A stretch of 64,000 nucleotides of DNA from Azolla caroliniana (GCA_043228905.1 JBHGNT010000004.1:19406001-19470000), one strand, 5' to 3'; positions 24,701 through 38,587 are shown, numbered from the stretch's first letter. Numbers and translations: made by a program. Notes: generated by a model from the letters alone, not told the origin.

Positions 24701-27527
24701 AGGAGTTTTGGGATGTATTCGCGTGGTCTTAAGAGGACATGCGAGGGCTAGATCCGCAATTGTATCAACACCAGATACATCTGAGTAAGGATGCCAAGCT
24801 GGTGGCGCAACGGTGCTACTGGATGAACCCTAACTATGCAGCAAAAGTAAAGGATGAAATCGACAAATTGTTATGGGTAGGGTTCATCCGACCAGTCAAG
24901 AAGGCGACATGGCTGAGTTTGATAGTCTTCGTACCGAAAAAGAACGGAAAAATCAGGGATGTGTCGACTACCGGAAGTTGAATGTGGCAACGGTAACCGA
25001 CAACTTCCCACTCCCTTTTACGGACGAAGTCCTGGATGCAGTAGCCAGTCACGAAGTTTATAGTTTCTTGGACAAGTTCAGCGGCTACAATCAGATCCAG
25101 ATGCACCCCGACAACTAGGAGAAAACTGATTTTGTTACCGAATGGGGCATATTTGTTGTCGTAGTCATGATGTTCGGACTTAAAACGGTGCTGGCAACCT
25201 TTCAACGGATAATCATGGAGATTTTCGGAGAATTTATTCCAGCATTCATGCAGGTGTTTCTAGACGATTTCGCCGTGTATAGTCGGGAAGGGGAACACCT
25301 CCAACACCTCCGACTATGTCTTGAGAAATGTAGGGTTTACCGGTTAAGCCTTAACCCGGCAAAATGCGTGTTTGGAGTGTCAAGCGGTGCAGTACTAGGC
25401 CACATCGTTAGCAAGGACGGTATTGCAGTAGACCCGGACAAGGTCAAAGCAATTTTGGAGGCACAAGCACCCACCACGGCAAAAGCATTGAGTCGGTTCC
25501 TAGGACAAATCCGGTGGCATAGCCGGATGCTCCGGTATTTGACAGACCTGGCCACACCATTGCATGCTGCGGTGCACTAGACACCGTTTCAATGGACGGG
25601 CACACAAGAGAAGTACTACTATCACAAGCACCAGTGGTGCAACCTCCGGATTGGTCTAAAGAATTCAACGTATTCGTAGACGCGTCCGACATAGCAATTG
25701 GGAGCGCATTAATGTAGCTTACCAAACCGAAGTGGTACCCGCCCATGTATTATGCCAGCCGGAAGCTGTCCCAGGCAGAACGTAATTACTCAACGACGGA
25801 TAGAGAAGCCTTGGGCATGATCTACAACGTCACCAAGTTCCGACACTATCTATTGGGGCGGAAATTTTCCTTTCATGTAGACCATTCGGCGCTACTTTAC
25901 TTGGTCTCAAAAGCATCACTCACGGGTAAGTTGGCCTGGTGGACGTTATTATTGGACATTTCACCGACCAGGTATACAACATGCGGTTGCGGATTATTTG
26001 AGCCGGTTCGACTCCGGTGAAACTGGTGATGGAGTCCCAGACGAGTTTCCGGATGTAGAGTTGTTTAGGGTTACAATAGAAACGACAACAGATGGTGTGG
26101 TCGCCGAGGAGGACAAGTGGCTCACTAACATGCACCAATTCTTGAGCATCGGATTACCTCCAGAGTAGATGAACAGAGACAAGTGGAAACGATTAGCAGT
26201 ACAAAGCCGACACTTCTGCCTATTGCAAGACACATTGTACCATACAGGCGCGGATGGCATATGGCGGCGCGCGGTGCGCAGCGACAAAAAAAACCAAATA
26301 CTGCACGAAGCACACTGCGGCGTTGTCGGAGGGCATTATGTTGGGGACGCTACAGCACGGAAAATATGGCAGAGTGGCCTATGGTGGCTGACAACATTAA
26401 AAGACGTCGTCTGGTATGCTAAAGAATGCGATTTATGTCAGCGGATGGGCCAACCAACGGAACAGGCAAGAATACCTCACCAGCCGGTGCTGCCATTGGA
26501 ACCATTTCAGAAATGGGGGTTGGACTTCGTCGGCCCATTTAAACCACCAGCAATGAGAACTGGCAACCGATACATGATTGTTGCTACGGACTACTGCACC
26601 AAGTGGGTGGAGGCCAAAGCACTACGTGACAACACCGTGACATCCACGGGAAAGTTTTTATAAGAATATATCTGGTGCCGGTATGGATGTGCGATCGAGC
26701 TAATTAGCGACCAAGGTGGGCATTTCCTAGGACAAGTGGTGGAGATCTTGACGACATTCTATGCGGTGGTGCACAAGCGAAGCACTCCATATTATCCGCA
26801 AGCCAACGGATTAGCCGAATCTACAAATAAGACGCTACAAAACATCCTGCGGAAAATCGTCAATGAGAACCAGACGGATTGGGATACAAAGCTGCACAGT
26901 GCACTTTGGGCCTACTGGACAACATATAAGACAAGTATCCGGACAATGCCTTTCTGATTCACATTCGGATTGGATGTGGTAATGCTGATCGAATTTCAGG
27001 TTCCCAGTTTGCGGTTACAGGTTTGGGAACGCCTAAACGAGAAGGAGTCGGAGACAATCTGGCTAGCAGCACTATGCAAACTAGAGGAACACTAGATAGC
27101 CATTCGGATGCACATGGAACTGGAGCAACGGAGAAGGAAAGCGTTGGTCGATCGACACCGAAAAGGTAACGAAAAAATGTTCGAGATCGGCAAGTCGATA
27201 GTTGTATTCCAGACCCAGATGGGTAAGATGCCGGGGAAGCTATAGTTTTGGTGGACTGGACCATATTGGATTACACGAGAGTTCAACGGTTCCTACCAGC
27301 TAGGGACACTCGCCGGAGAAGTTATGGGTAAATGGGTCAATGGGTTTCAACTCAAACCATACTATGGACCCATGCCAAGAATCTCGTTTGAAGAGACAAA
27401 AGTTGACACCGAACAGGACATTAGTAAGCACAACGAGACAATAACTGGTCAAGCAATCGGCAAGCATGAAACATGTGAAAGGGACCACAAACCGGAGAAG
27501 GGTCCGTTTGGGCCAAATACGGATTAA
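21798..27527 (+). pseudogene. gag-pol: B1 gag-pol, many stops and frameshifts
   Basis: CCHC knuckles, [39 protein letters not shown]; PBS-like TGGCAACCA at 21750. Confidence 0.92.
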
Positions 27528-27666
27528 CAAAGATCGAAGTAATAAATAAAAATAAATAAATAAATAAATAAGAAAAAGAAAAAGAATCAAATCATGCGAT
27601 GGCGAGGAGCGAACGGCCACATGCAAGGAAAAGGGAGGAGTGAACGGGCACTTTGAAAAGCAACGT

Positions 27667-28168
27667 TGTCGTGAAGATTTTCGTCCATAGGCGGAAACCG
27701 GGGTGGAATAGGCAAGTCAGTGGTGTGCAACATGTGCACGTGTATACTAGGAAATGGTGTGTAGAAAGAAGAGGGGAATTTTATCCCACATTGTAAGGTC
27801 CCTCCCTCCTTGGGCTATAAAAGGAAGGGAGGGGTCACTTATGAGGGGTTGCCTATTTTGAGGGAGAGAGGCATACCACTTAGGTCGAGGGTTTCCTATT
27901 CGGTTTTAGGGTTTCGGTTAGGGTTTTCTTCTTGGGTTTTCCTCTAGGGTTTTTCTCATAGTCGTTTGGTGCGGCCATGGCGGCCACCATTGTAAAGCGT
28001 TTATGTTTCCTTAAGCTAAATTGTTGAGCATCTTGCCCCGTCTATTCTATGTTATTGTCTTATTCTTTCTCACCTCCTCTTGAGCTAAGCTTCCATTTTG
28101 TGTCTTATTCTTTCTCCTCTACTCCCTAGTCCAAGACCCCCGTGGTCCCGCCCCTTCCACACGCATGC
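27667..28168 (+). repeat. Diverged LTR of family E (E0), probably a solo LTR
   Basis: Starts TGTCGTGAAGA; shares TATAAAAGGAAGGGA and CTAGTCCAAGACCCCCGTGGTCCC with the E1 LTRs; (A)ACGT at 27662-27666 recurs at 32995-32999. Confidence 0.8.
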
Positions 28169-28946
28169 TGTCGTGAAGAATTTCGGCCAGAGGCGGAAAC
28201 TGGGAAACATTGTCTACATCGGCGGGGTACAGCGTGTGTACGCACCCATGTATATTTAGTGTGAATATCGAGGGCGCCTTTATGGCGCTGAAGAGTAGTC
28301 AAGTCGGGACAGATGGTCCCATGTAAGTCGGGGGTTTATCCCACATTGTAACGCATCCCTGTCCTTGTTCTATAAAAGGAAGGGAACGCCCTTTGTGAAA
28401 GGGGTTGCCCATTTTTGCATTAGAGGGTATACCGTTAGGTTTAGAGTTAGGTTTCTTCTCCTTCTTCTCCCCCTTCGTGTTTTGCTTAGGGTTTGCTTTG
28501 GTTCGGCCTCCTGTGCAAGACCCCGCTCAGCGCGACGAGCTGAGAGCTCCCCGACGGCGGCTTGGCAGCAGACGACTACTGTAACCTACCTCCGTCCGGC
28601 TCGAAGCCAGGAATGTATTCTTCTTCTATATATATATATATATATACGTTTGCGTCTGTCTGTGTATATTGGCGTCTTTGTTGGTGTCAGGTGCCTCCCC
28701 TTTCCTGCGTTTCCTGTACATGAGGGTGTGAGCTGTGTGTGTGTGCGTGTGTGTGCGTGTGTGCGCGTGAGTCGGTGTCAAGCGCGCGCTCCCTCTCTTT
28801 CTCTCTCTCCCTTCGGTTGCTTCCGGCGTGCTTCTAGGATGCCCCGGAAACGGTGAAGTGCGACTTCCTACGCTCCGTCGCTCCCTAGTCCAAGACCCCC
28901 GTGGTCCCGCCTTTCTCCACACACGCGCGTAACAACACGACATCTT

Positions 28947-28962
28947 TGGTGAACCCCGACGT
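28947..28962 (+). promoter_or_regulatory. PBS complementary to the tRNA-Trp 3' end
   Basis: TGGTGAACCCCGACGT just after the LTR; eukaryotic tRNA-Trp ends ...ACGTCGGG(G/T)TCACCA. Confidence 0.75.
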
Positions 28963-28980
28963 AAAAGGCTACAAGGGAGG

Positions 28981-30237
28981 ATGGAGTCGGAAGACGACGA
29001 CCTTGCGGAGATGGTGGGCGAAGTGCTATTGGAGTCGGCACGAGTGGTGATGAGGCGAGAAGCAGCGCAACAAGCGGTTGAGCGAGTGGTCGAAAGAGTC
29101 GGTCGTTTCAACAAGGACAAAGTCCCATCTTACATGGAAGCCTACAACGCGGAGATGGAGGAGCGTGGCGTAGACAAAGCGTTGAGGCTGGAGTATTTCT
29201 GTCGGGTCGTGGCTGTCCGGATGCATGCGGAAGTAAAGGAGCTCCGTGAGGCTCATAGTTCGTGGGAAGCCTTCGAAGAGGCACTCCTGAAGGTATACGG
29301 AGGACGGCGGAAGAGCCGGGGACGACACGACTTCGACCAGTGGGTAGCATCGGCAAAGACCCATCGGGGCGCTGCCAAGGCGTTTCGAGAGTTCGAGCGG
29401 TGGCTTGCTCGGCTCCCGGAGCGGGAACAAGGTTTGGTGGGGGCGGACAAGGTCCTATTGTTCGTCAGGTCGATCAACCGAGCGGAACGGGAGGCCATCG
29501 GGATTGAACTCGAAGACGATGACGGAGCGAATGGGCTTACGGAGGACTGGTCGAAGGTCGGAAGGGTGTGCCAACGGCTAGACAACGAGCGAGCCGAGAA
29601 GGCTAAGAGAAAGGTACGCGACGGCGTGCCATCACAGCGGGAAGAGGCCGAACGACAAAGAGAGTCGGCAAGGGTCGGCGTTGGGGCCAGGATTGCGGAG
29701 GCGTACGTAGCTCTCGAGGTGATGCTCGATGAAGAGGAAAGACGGAGGCCGCAAGCCGAGACTAAGGAGACGGACTTGCCCCACGCGACGGCGGAAGATC
29801 GGTACGACGGTACGACGGGAGAGGGTGCGGAACGAAACGCCCTCTCGACTTGCGGAGATAGAACGACCAAGGACGAGGCCGAGATACAAATCACGGAACC
29901 GGAACGTTGGGACCAGTGGTTTCGGGCGTGTCAGCCCGAGATCTTGGTCATTGGAGAAGCAAGCCCAGACGGGGCTTGCGCGATCGGTAAGAAGACGACC
30001 GCCGACCACAAAGAGTCGGTGGCTACGGACAAGGGCGTAAAACGGACGGGCGATTCTTTGTGTCTTCCCACACTTGCTCCCGAGACGATGGCAGTCGGGC
30101 CCGAGTGCCCACGTGAGCCCCAAGCGAAGGAAGGCGGCGGCGAAAGGCCAACAATCACCGGCGAGACGATACGGGGAAGGAGCGGACGAAAGCCCACGGA
30201 CCCGATTCCGGAGTACTCGACATTCGGGCCCATGTAA
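28981..30237 (+). CDS. Gag-like protein (418 aa) with low-complexity charged C-terminus
   Basis: Starts ~20 nt after the PBS; capsid-like pattern GRFNKDKVPSYMEAY...SWEAFEEALLKVY. Confidence 0.7.
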   Translation: MESEDDDLAEMVGEVLLESARVVMRREAAQQAVERVVERVGRFNKDKVPSYMEAYNAEMEERGVDKALRLEYFCRVVAVRMHAEVKELREAHSSWEAFEEALLKVYGGRRKSRGRHDFDQWVASAKTHRGAAKAFREFERWLARLPEREQGLVGADKVLLFVRSINRAEREAIGIELEDDDGANGLTEDWSKVGRVCQRLDNERAEKAKRKVRDGVPSQREEAERQRESARVGVGARIAEAYVALEVMLDEEERRRPQAETKETDLPHATAEDRYDGTTGEGAERNALSTCGDRTTKDEAEIQITEPERWDQWFRACQPEILVIGEASPDGACAIGKKTTADHKESVATDKGVKRTGDSLCLPTLAPETMAVGPECPREPQAKEGGGERPTITGETIRGRSGRKPTDPIPEYSTFGPM

Positions 30238-33131
30238 GAACGAGGAGATGGATAGCGGTACCGAGGAGTCCTGGCACGATGCCAGGGAAGATGGATGGGA
30301 GATGGCCAGCAAAAGGGGCGACAAGGAGACCAAGGAACGACCTGACCGGGGACTGAACCACGCGACGCTCCGGTACGGGTGGAGCGTGATCCGGTCGTGG
30401 ATTGTTCGATAGGGGCCAGAATCGGCATGAAGGTGCCGATACGGGAGAGGGTGCGGGACGAGCCACCCTCTTTTACATGGGGAGAAAGACCGACCGAGAG
30501 AAGGTCGAGAGTGGGAAAGAGAATGAAAGCCGGTCCTATGGGATTCCTTACACCGATCCGGCTGCAGGCCCGAGTGCCAGCGTGAGTCCTATAAGAGAGA
30601 TCGGTGGCGACAGGAGAACGGGACTCGGCAATCCGGAGAAGGACGAACGGACCCGGACGAGAACCGGGCGGAGCGGACTCCCGGACGACCATTCCGGGAG
30701 GGAGGAAGAGAGCAGGCTTACGAAGAGGCCGAGGACACGGTATGTCGGTACCACGGGAGAGGGTGCGAAGTAAACCGCCCTCTTGGCATGCGGAAAAGGA
30801 CGACCCGAGACAGGGTCGGGAAGACAAATCGGAGGCCTACGGAGGATCCTTCACACCGGTTCTAGAGACTTCGGCAGTCGGCAACGCGGTCGACGTAAGA
30901 CCAAGATACTGACGGTGGCGGTGAGGTGACGAAGGCTATGGGCGTAAGGAAGTCCGGTCCTACAGGATCCCATCACTTAACCAGAGACTCCGGCGGTTCG
31001 GCCAACGTGGCAACATGAGACCGAGGGAGAAGGTTGGTGGCGGCGGGAAACAGGACCCGACTACGCGGAAGACACGAGGAGAGTCCGGGAGGGACGCAAA
31101 CAAAAGGCACCCGAATTTCGGCAAGCATAGAAACAGAGTTCGGTCCTATGGGACCCTCACACCGATCCGGAGACTCCGGCAGTTCGGCCAACGTGGCAAC
31201 GTGAGACCTAGGGAGAAGGACGGTGGCGGCAGGGAACGGGACCCGACGACACGAGGTTTCGGAAGGAGCCGGTATGGGCAAACACGGGGAGGTGTGTCAA
31301 GCCGGAAAGGCACACCTGGGACGGAATAAGAGTCTCACAAGTGGCCATCGCGGGCCGGATCAAAGCGTGACTACGGGATAGTGTTCGGCACGGGCGGTGC
31401 CGAGCGAAGGAAGCGAAAGACGGCACAAGAGAGGTGTCGGGAACGAGGTGACAAGTGCCTAGTGGACTGCACAGGGTCAAAGTCAGGGGATGGCAAGAGA
31501 GGCCGGAGGAGGATCCTCCACACTCGCTTCGTAGATCTCGGTAGCTCCGTCGAAGTAGTGAAGACTGACACGGCAAGCCGGGATGACGAGCTGGTGGGGG
31601 CGAGGGGACGACGGCAAACGGAAGACTCAGGACCTGTTGAAGCAGCACGAAGACGGGAAGGGCCAAGCGGGCTACTACGGGGTGTTCCTCGGATGCAAAG
31701 GACACCGGTATGCGGGGAGCGGCGATGCACGATCTGGCCGGAAATGGGGCCGACAAGGCGTGCAATGAACCGGAGTGCGATACAGGCAGTGCCAAACAAC
31801 GGACGAGGGTATGTGGCACACGGAGGTGCCGGAGCGGAAAGGCGAGCGCGGAGATAGGTTGCACGGTTCGGAGGTAGCACAGAGAAGACCGAATAGGGAT
31901 CCCCCACACTGTTCCGGAGACCATGGCGGTTCGAGCCGACGCGGCGATGTAAGACCATGGAGAAGGAAGGTGGCGGCGAGAGGACGAGGGCATACGACGG
32001 GAGCGGGGCGTTGATACGGCCGAACAAGGGCCAGTAGAAGGACGTGTACTACGGAGATCGCGGCAGAGGACCCATCGACGGGTCAAATGAGCTTACGGGG
32101 AGGTAAGCGCGAAGGAAGAATCGAAGCCGACGGATAAAACCGGCAGCGAGCTGGGATGCGGATCACGGAAGACCGGTTTCTCACCGGCCGAAATCTCTCA
32201 CCCTTCAACCAGACTTGGCACATACCGGTGGATGTGCGGTTAGGTGGGGGCGGATGTCGTGAAGAATTTCGGCCAGAGGCGGAAACTGGGAAACATTGTC
32301 TACATCGGCGAGGTGCAACGTGTGTACGCACCCATGTACATTTAGTGTGAATATCGAGGGCGCCTTTATGGAGCCGAAGAGTAGTCAAGTCGGGACAGAT
32401 GGTCCCATGTAAGTCGGGGGTTTATCCCACATTGTAACGCATCCCTGTCCTTGTTCTATAAAAGGAAGGGAACGCCCTTTGTGAAAGGGGTTGCCCATTT
32501 TTGCATTAGAGGGTATACCGTTAGGTTTAGAGTTAGGTTTCTTCTCCTTCTTCTCCTCCTTCGTGTTTTGCTTAGGGTTTGCTTTGGTTCGGCCTCCTGT
32601 GCAAGACCCCGCTCAGCGCGACGAGCTGAGAGCTCCCCGACGGCGGCTTGGCAGCAGACGACTACTGTAACCTACCTCCGTCCGGCTCGAAGCCGGGAAT
32701 GTATTCTTCTTCTATATATATATATATATACCTTTGCGTCTGTCTGTGTATATTGGCGTCTTTGTTGGTGTCGGGTGCTTCCCCTTTCCTGCGTTTCCTG
32801 TACATGAGGGCGTGAGCTGTGTGTGTGTGCGCGTGTGTGTGCGTGTGTGCGCGTGAGTCGGTGTCAAACGCGTGCTCCCTCTCTTTCTCTCTCTCCCTTC
32901 GGTTGCTTCCAGCGTGCTTCTGGGATGCCCTGGAAACGGTGAAGTGTGACTTCCTACGCTCCGTCGCTCCCTAGTCCAAGACCCCCGTGGTCCCAACGTG
33001 ACAATGTAGTGGGCTATTAAGAGCGCATTAAAACGCCGCCACGTGGCACTTCATTGCTATTATAGTACACGAAGTGCGCATGCGCAGGAATCGAGAAAGG
33101 AGCCAACATGTAGAAAGAAAACCTCCACCGC

Positions 33132-33591
33132 ATGGAGGCCTTCTCATTTTGCGAACAGAGAATTGCAAACGCACGTAGGCAATTAAAGATAATCATACGC
33201 GAGTACCAAGAGCCCAGTAACACACCTACCTTACCAACAACCACCGACTCAGAAGGAGAAAAGAACTGCATGGCGCTCTTTGAGGTAGCCAAGAAGTGGT
33301 TGAAGCAACACTGATTGGAAGGATTCTTGAGGATCATGGAGGCACCACCACACAGAGAGGCGGAAAGGGTTGTCAAAGAAATCGACACAGAAGTCATCAC
33401 AGAGGAGTCCATCCGTGCCCTAATGGGCCTACCTGAAGGCGACATCTTCACCATTGACAACCCTACCTCAGAGCAGCTCACGAAATACTTTGGTGAGTAC
33501 TCGCTGGCCAACAAGGCATATCGCACACAGGGCGGCGAGGATGACTTATTCCGGGAGATTGCTTGTGTACTCCACAAGTTTGGCCATGTGT
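33132..33591 (+). pseudogene. B1 accessory ORF, 5' part
   Basis: One in-frame stop at 33312-33314; rejoins 44864 in frame once element A2 is removed (HKFGHV-YPRPLAM). Confidence 0.75.
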
Positions 33592-34039
33592 TGTCAGGAA
33601 CAGTACTGAGACAGAGAAGGAATTAGTACTAAACGAAGGATTAGTACTATGAGGGGTGTGGAACTTCTTTGAGAGAAGGAAGAAGTGAGCGAGACGGAGA
33701 GAAAGAGAGAGATCGAGAGAGAGTGAGAGTGATGATAAGAAAGATATGTATTATATGAAGAGAATATACAATGGTGGCTAAAAGGCTTAAGCCTGGCGTT
33801 GAACCAATTTGGTTCAATATAATGCCTAGTGCCCTCTTTTATAGTGTTTTCAGGAGTAATCCTGAAGCTTCTAGAATGTTCCAAAGAAATTTGGAATATA
33901 CACTAATTTCCTATAATAAAATGTAAATGAAAATAATATCCTACGTATTACAATAGATGATCTAATGGTCAAGAGCTCGACCCATATAACCTAAGGTCAT
34001 GGGTTCGAGTCTTGCCATATCATGACACTATACCCCTTT

Positions 34040-37000
34040 AAAACGACGAGTGTCACGAGTCGTCTTGGATTGAGGACCTGGTTTGTGTGGATATTGAGGA
34101 TGGAAGTCTTCAAGAAGAGCACGAGCATTGGTCACATTCTCGATCGGTTCCCAAGTACGTTCGCTGGGGCTATAGCCTAGCCAATCGACTAGATAGTAGA
34201 GCTTGTTGCGAACAATCTTGGAATCAAGGTTGGCGGCAACTCGTACTCCGGCCCATCTTCAAGCTCAATCGGGGGTGGAGGTTGGATAAGACGTCCTGGG
34301 ATGGTGCTCTCGTGGTAGGGTTCGAGGAGAGAACTACGAAACACCGGATGTATCCGAAGTTGAGGAGGTAGATCGAGACGAAAAGCGACATCATTAATCT
34401 GTCCAATAATACGAAAAGGACCTAATCGCCGATAATCTAACTTCTCACATGGACAAGTAGTCTTGATGTGTCGTTGTAGCAGACACACCTAATCTCCAAT
34501 ATTAAAACTGGATGGAAGTCGATGACGATCCGCGTAGACCTTGTGTGTTTGTTGAGCTTGCTCGAGATGAGTAGATAAATCCGCTTGTATCTTGCGTAAC
34601 TGCTCCAAACGATCCTTCGCGCACGGATTTGTGGACACCTCTGGGCTTTCAAGTACACTCCACCGAGGGTGACATCTCGTATAAGCATAAAATGGCGTAA
34701 CTTTAGTGGATGCGTGGATAGAGTTGTTATAGGCAAATTCGGCGAAGTGGAGAATATCTGCCCAGTCATCTTGATGATAGCCGAGAAAGCACCGCAGATA
34801 CTGCTCCAGCGTTTGATTTGTTCGTTCAGCTTGGCCGTCGGTAGTTTTGACACGAACTGGGGTCCACGGTCGCTGATGATACTATCGGGAAGTCCATGAT
34901 GCCGACATACTTCACGCATGACAATTTCGGCAGTGTCTTCACTGGAGATCTCCTTAGTACATGGCAAGAAATGAGCCATCTTCGTATATCGATCGACCAC
35001 CGTTAGAATCGTATTGAACCCCTTAGAGACTGGAAGATCTGTGATGAAGTCTAGAGCAATGGATTGCCACGGCTTGCTTGGAATTGGTAATGGTTCTAAT
35101 AAACGATATGGATGATGCCTTGGCATTTTCACTCTACAACATGTATCACAAGTCCGAACAAAATCCTTGACAAATTGTCGCATACAGGGCCACCAGAATG
35201 TAATGTTTTAGTACTACCAAAATGCCTAGTTGTATATGTGTCATGACAGTTTTGTACTACTCGAAGGCGGCAAGAACCATTAGGAACATACAAAAGTTCT
35301 TTAAAGAAGAGTAATCCATCATGGTATTTGAATTGCCGATAGTCCGTACCTGGTGGTTGCGACTATGAACACGACGCTCGAGAGGGATCAATTTGTGCTA
35401 GTATAGCTTGGGCGAACGCATCTGTCTTCAAGTCTTCACGTATGGTATCGATAACGCGGGAATCCATAGGCATGTCAAAGATCTGTGTTGCTTGTAGTCG
35501 TGCCGGTCCCAAGATGACTTGTTTTTGGTTATCGAAAGCTGGCTCGCCGGGACGGGGTGCTAGATACGAACGCCGTGATAATGCATCTGCCTCCCTAGAC
35601 GATATGTAATTTTGAAGTCGAAACATGTGAGGAAGTGGGCCCACCGAGCTTTACGTCGATTCAACACACGAGCATGCTGAAAGTAGGCAAGATTCTTGTG
35701 GTCACTAAATACGGTGAGTGGATGAGAGGATCCCTCCAAAAAATGCCTCCATTGCATAAAAGAATCCACTATTGCCAATAGCTCCTTATCATGAATTTCG
35801 TAGTTGATTTCGGCGGCGTCAAACTTGCGTGAGTGAAAAGCCACAGGATGTAGCTTCTCATCATTCCCCTGTTGTGACAGAATGCTCCCCAATGCAAAAT
35901 CCGATGCGTCAGCTTCGATAATGAATGGTTTTTCCGGATCGACATGAGCTAGAATTGGAGCCGATGTAAATGCCTTTTTAAGACTCTCGAAAGCCATGTC
36001 CGTTTCTTCAGACTAGATGAACGGTTGTCCCTTCCTAGTAAGTTGTGTGAGAGGTAGAACGATGTTTGAGTAATCTTGTATGAACTTCCGGTAAAAATTG
36101 GCAAAGCCTAAGAAGCATTGCACATCCCGCACCGAACGCAGAGTCTGCCATTCCACCACCGTTTTGACCTTAGCTGGGTCCATGGAGATGCCTTTTGACG
36201 AAATGATGTAGCCGAGAAATTCCACTTGGTTGTACCCAAAACTACATTTTTCCAGTTTTGCATACAGACCATGTTCTCAAAGTCGTTTTAGTACTAATAG
36301 TACATGAGAATCATGTTCTTCTTGGGTCTTTGAATAAACCAGTAGATCATCCAAATAGATGATCAAACAATCATCCAATAGATCTCGGAATATATCATTA
36401 GCCATGTGCTGCAAGACTGCCGGCACATTAGTGAGGCCGAACGGCATGACTGTATACTCGCAGTGCCCATATCTTGTGCGAAATGCGGTCTTCCATTCGT
36501 CTCCTGGTCGGATCCGTACCAGGTTATATGCTACCCGTAAGTCGATGTTCGTGAAGAACCTGGCACCATTGATCCGTTCTAAAAGACTTGAGATAAGGGG
36601 AAGAGCATACCTATTCCTGATTCTAACCTTAATCAAGCCACGGTAATCTACAATGAGACGAAGCGATCCATCTTTTTTCTTGACGAAGAAAATGGGCGCG
36701 CCGGCTGGAGATTTCGAATGCCGAATGAAACCATTTCCCAAATTCTCCTCTATATAGGCCCGAAAGACTTCTAGCTCGGTTGGTGACAAATTGTAGATCG
36801 GTCCCCATGGCGGCTCTTTTCCCGGTTGTAAATCGATGGGGCAATCGTATGGTCGATGATGAGGAAGTGTGTTGGCTTGTACTTTATCGAACACATCGGC
36901 GTAATGACAATACTTCTCGGGAAGTTGAACGGTGGATTCTTCTTTAGTGGTGCTGGAGGGGTTTATTGATATTGCAAAGAGGAACATTTCCTCCTTGCGC

Positions 37001-37521
37001 CCTTCTTTACGCAACTGACATAGCGAAATGGTTGCCATCTTCTGAGTTAACGCTTGGGTTTGTCGACACTGGACTTCTCTTGTTCTCCAATCTATGTCTG
37101 GGTTATGTAACTCGAACCACGGTAATCCTAAAACTATAGGATGTTCTGGGATACTAATAATATTAAATGATACTACACATGCTAAGTTATCTAGGACAAT
37201 ATTAATGGGCTCTAACTCTTCTATGATATTTTCGGAAGCAATGGGACGTCCATCAATGACTACTACAGAGGCTGGACATTGGAGTTTTCTTAGGGATATC
37301 TTATGAGCTTGAGCAAATTTCTTATCCATAAAGCAAGAGTTAGCTCCGGAATCTAGGAGTGCTAGGACATGTACTGGAGGGGTACTTTTAGTACTAACTA
37401 TTACTTGGGCTACGAACACATCACTAACTTGCTTAGAGGGAATGGAACCACTAATGGGTTGCACAGATCTAGGGCTGTCCAACCAAATGGCTCCTATTTT
37501 GGCTGGAGTTAGTCGTTTAAC
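34040..37521 (-). pseudogene. pol: A2 pol (PR-RT-RNase H-integrase-chromodomain), disrupted
   Basis: LLDSGA, IIYLDDLL, ADASDFALG, ISDRGPQF, frameshifted chromodomain. Confidence 0.92.
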
Positions 37522-38587
37522 TCTTCTTCTAACTGACTAAGGACATCAAATTTGTTTGCTAGATCTGGGATATTAGTACTATTAGGACTATCAGATATCC
37601 CTACTGAAATAGGCTCGGGTTTAGTACAATTAGAACTAGCGACTATTTGGTTTACCTGTCTTCTTGGCCTATGGGGGCAATTTATTGCGATATGTCCTAA
37701 TCCACCACAGTAAAGACATAGTCGATTTGTACGGCGTCGCTGCTTTTCTTCTTCAGATAATGGCCCTCGACGATGTGTGTGTCAATCTCCATCGGAGTCG
37801 AAGTATTCGCATTATATGACTCCCTCGGAAAAGGTCTTGCTACCACTGAGGCGTAGGTGGGCTCTGATCTTGCCCTCGGCATCTGTAGTTGTCATTCCGA
37901 ATGTCGCTCAAAGAGGCGGTTGTCACATCTCACCGCGCGACTGATTGCTTTTGTTAAGGACTTTGGCTCTTCGGGGAAGGTCAAGAGTAAATCCTTGACG
38001 TCGTTGCGTAAACCATAACGGAATTGCTTCATCAACGCTTGATCATCCCAAGGGATATCGGCGGCGAGTAGACGAAAATCTGTAGCGTATGCGGAGGCTA
38101 GACGGTCACCTTGACGTAATCGCCGGATTTTGTTGATTGCGCTCCTGATGCTGTCAGTATCTCCGAAACATGCTTTAAACTCACCTAGAAACTCTTCAAA
38201 ATTGTTGAGTAACGGAGATTCCTTTTCTAATAGTGGAGCGAACCATGACAACGCTGAGCCACTTAACAAAGTGCCTACTAAACCCACTCGTGATGCATCG
38301 GTGGGATATCGGGAAGGATGCATTTGAATAACTAATCGTACCTGGTTAAGGAACCCTCTAAACTGTGATCGCATTCCATCGAACTTCGTGGGAAGGCCAA
38401 TCTTGGGTTCTTTATGAATCCCTTGTGTTCCGGGCCCTTGTTGTTGCATCGCTACGATGGTTGCTTCGAGTTGTTGCACACGTAACGCAAGTTCCCCATG
38501 CTGTTGTTGCGTTTGCTGCTTTTCGAAGGATATTTGCTGAAGATCCCCCAGCAACCGTTGGTTTTCTTGTTCCAAAGCATGGAACTT
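37509..38587 (-). pseudogene. gag: A2 gag, 5' end interrupted by B2
   Basis: LPTKFDG, LRQGDR, FRYGL, PMEID, CCHC remnant. Confidence 0.88.

Larger units (their letters stand above)
28169..32994 (+). mobile_element. Non-autonomous gag-only LTR retrotransposon E1
   Basis: LTRs 28169-28942 (TGTCGTG...CACGACA) and 32255-32994 (last ~33 bp missing), highly similar; PPT AGGTGGGGGCGGA; no PR/RT/integrase motifs seen in the 3.3-kb interior. Confidence 0.9.

Noticed and set aside
29026-32086. Many long overlapping antisense ORFs in E1
   Set aside because: Expected from high GC and repetitive content; no recognisable motifs
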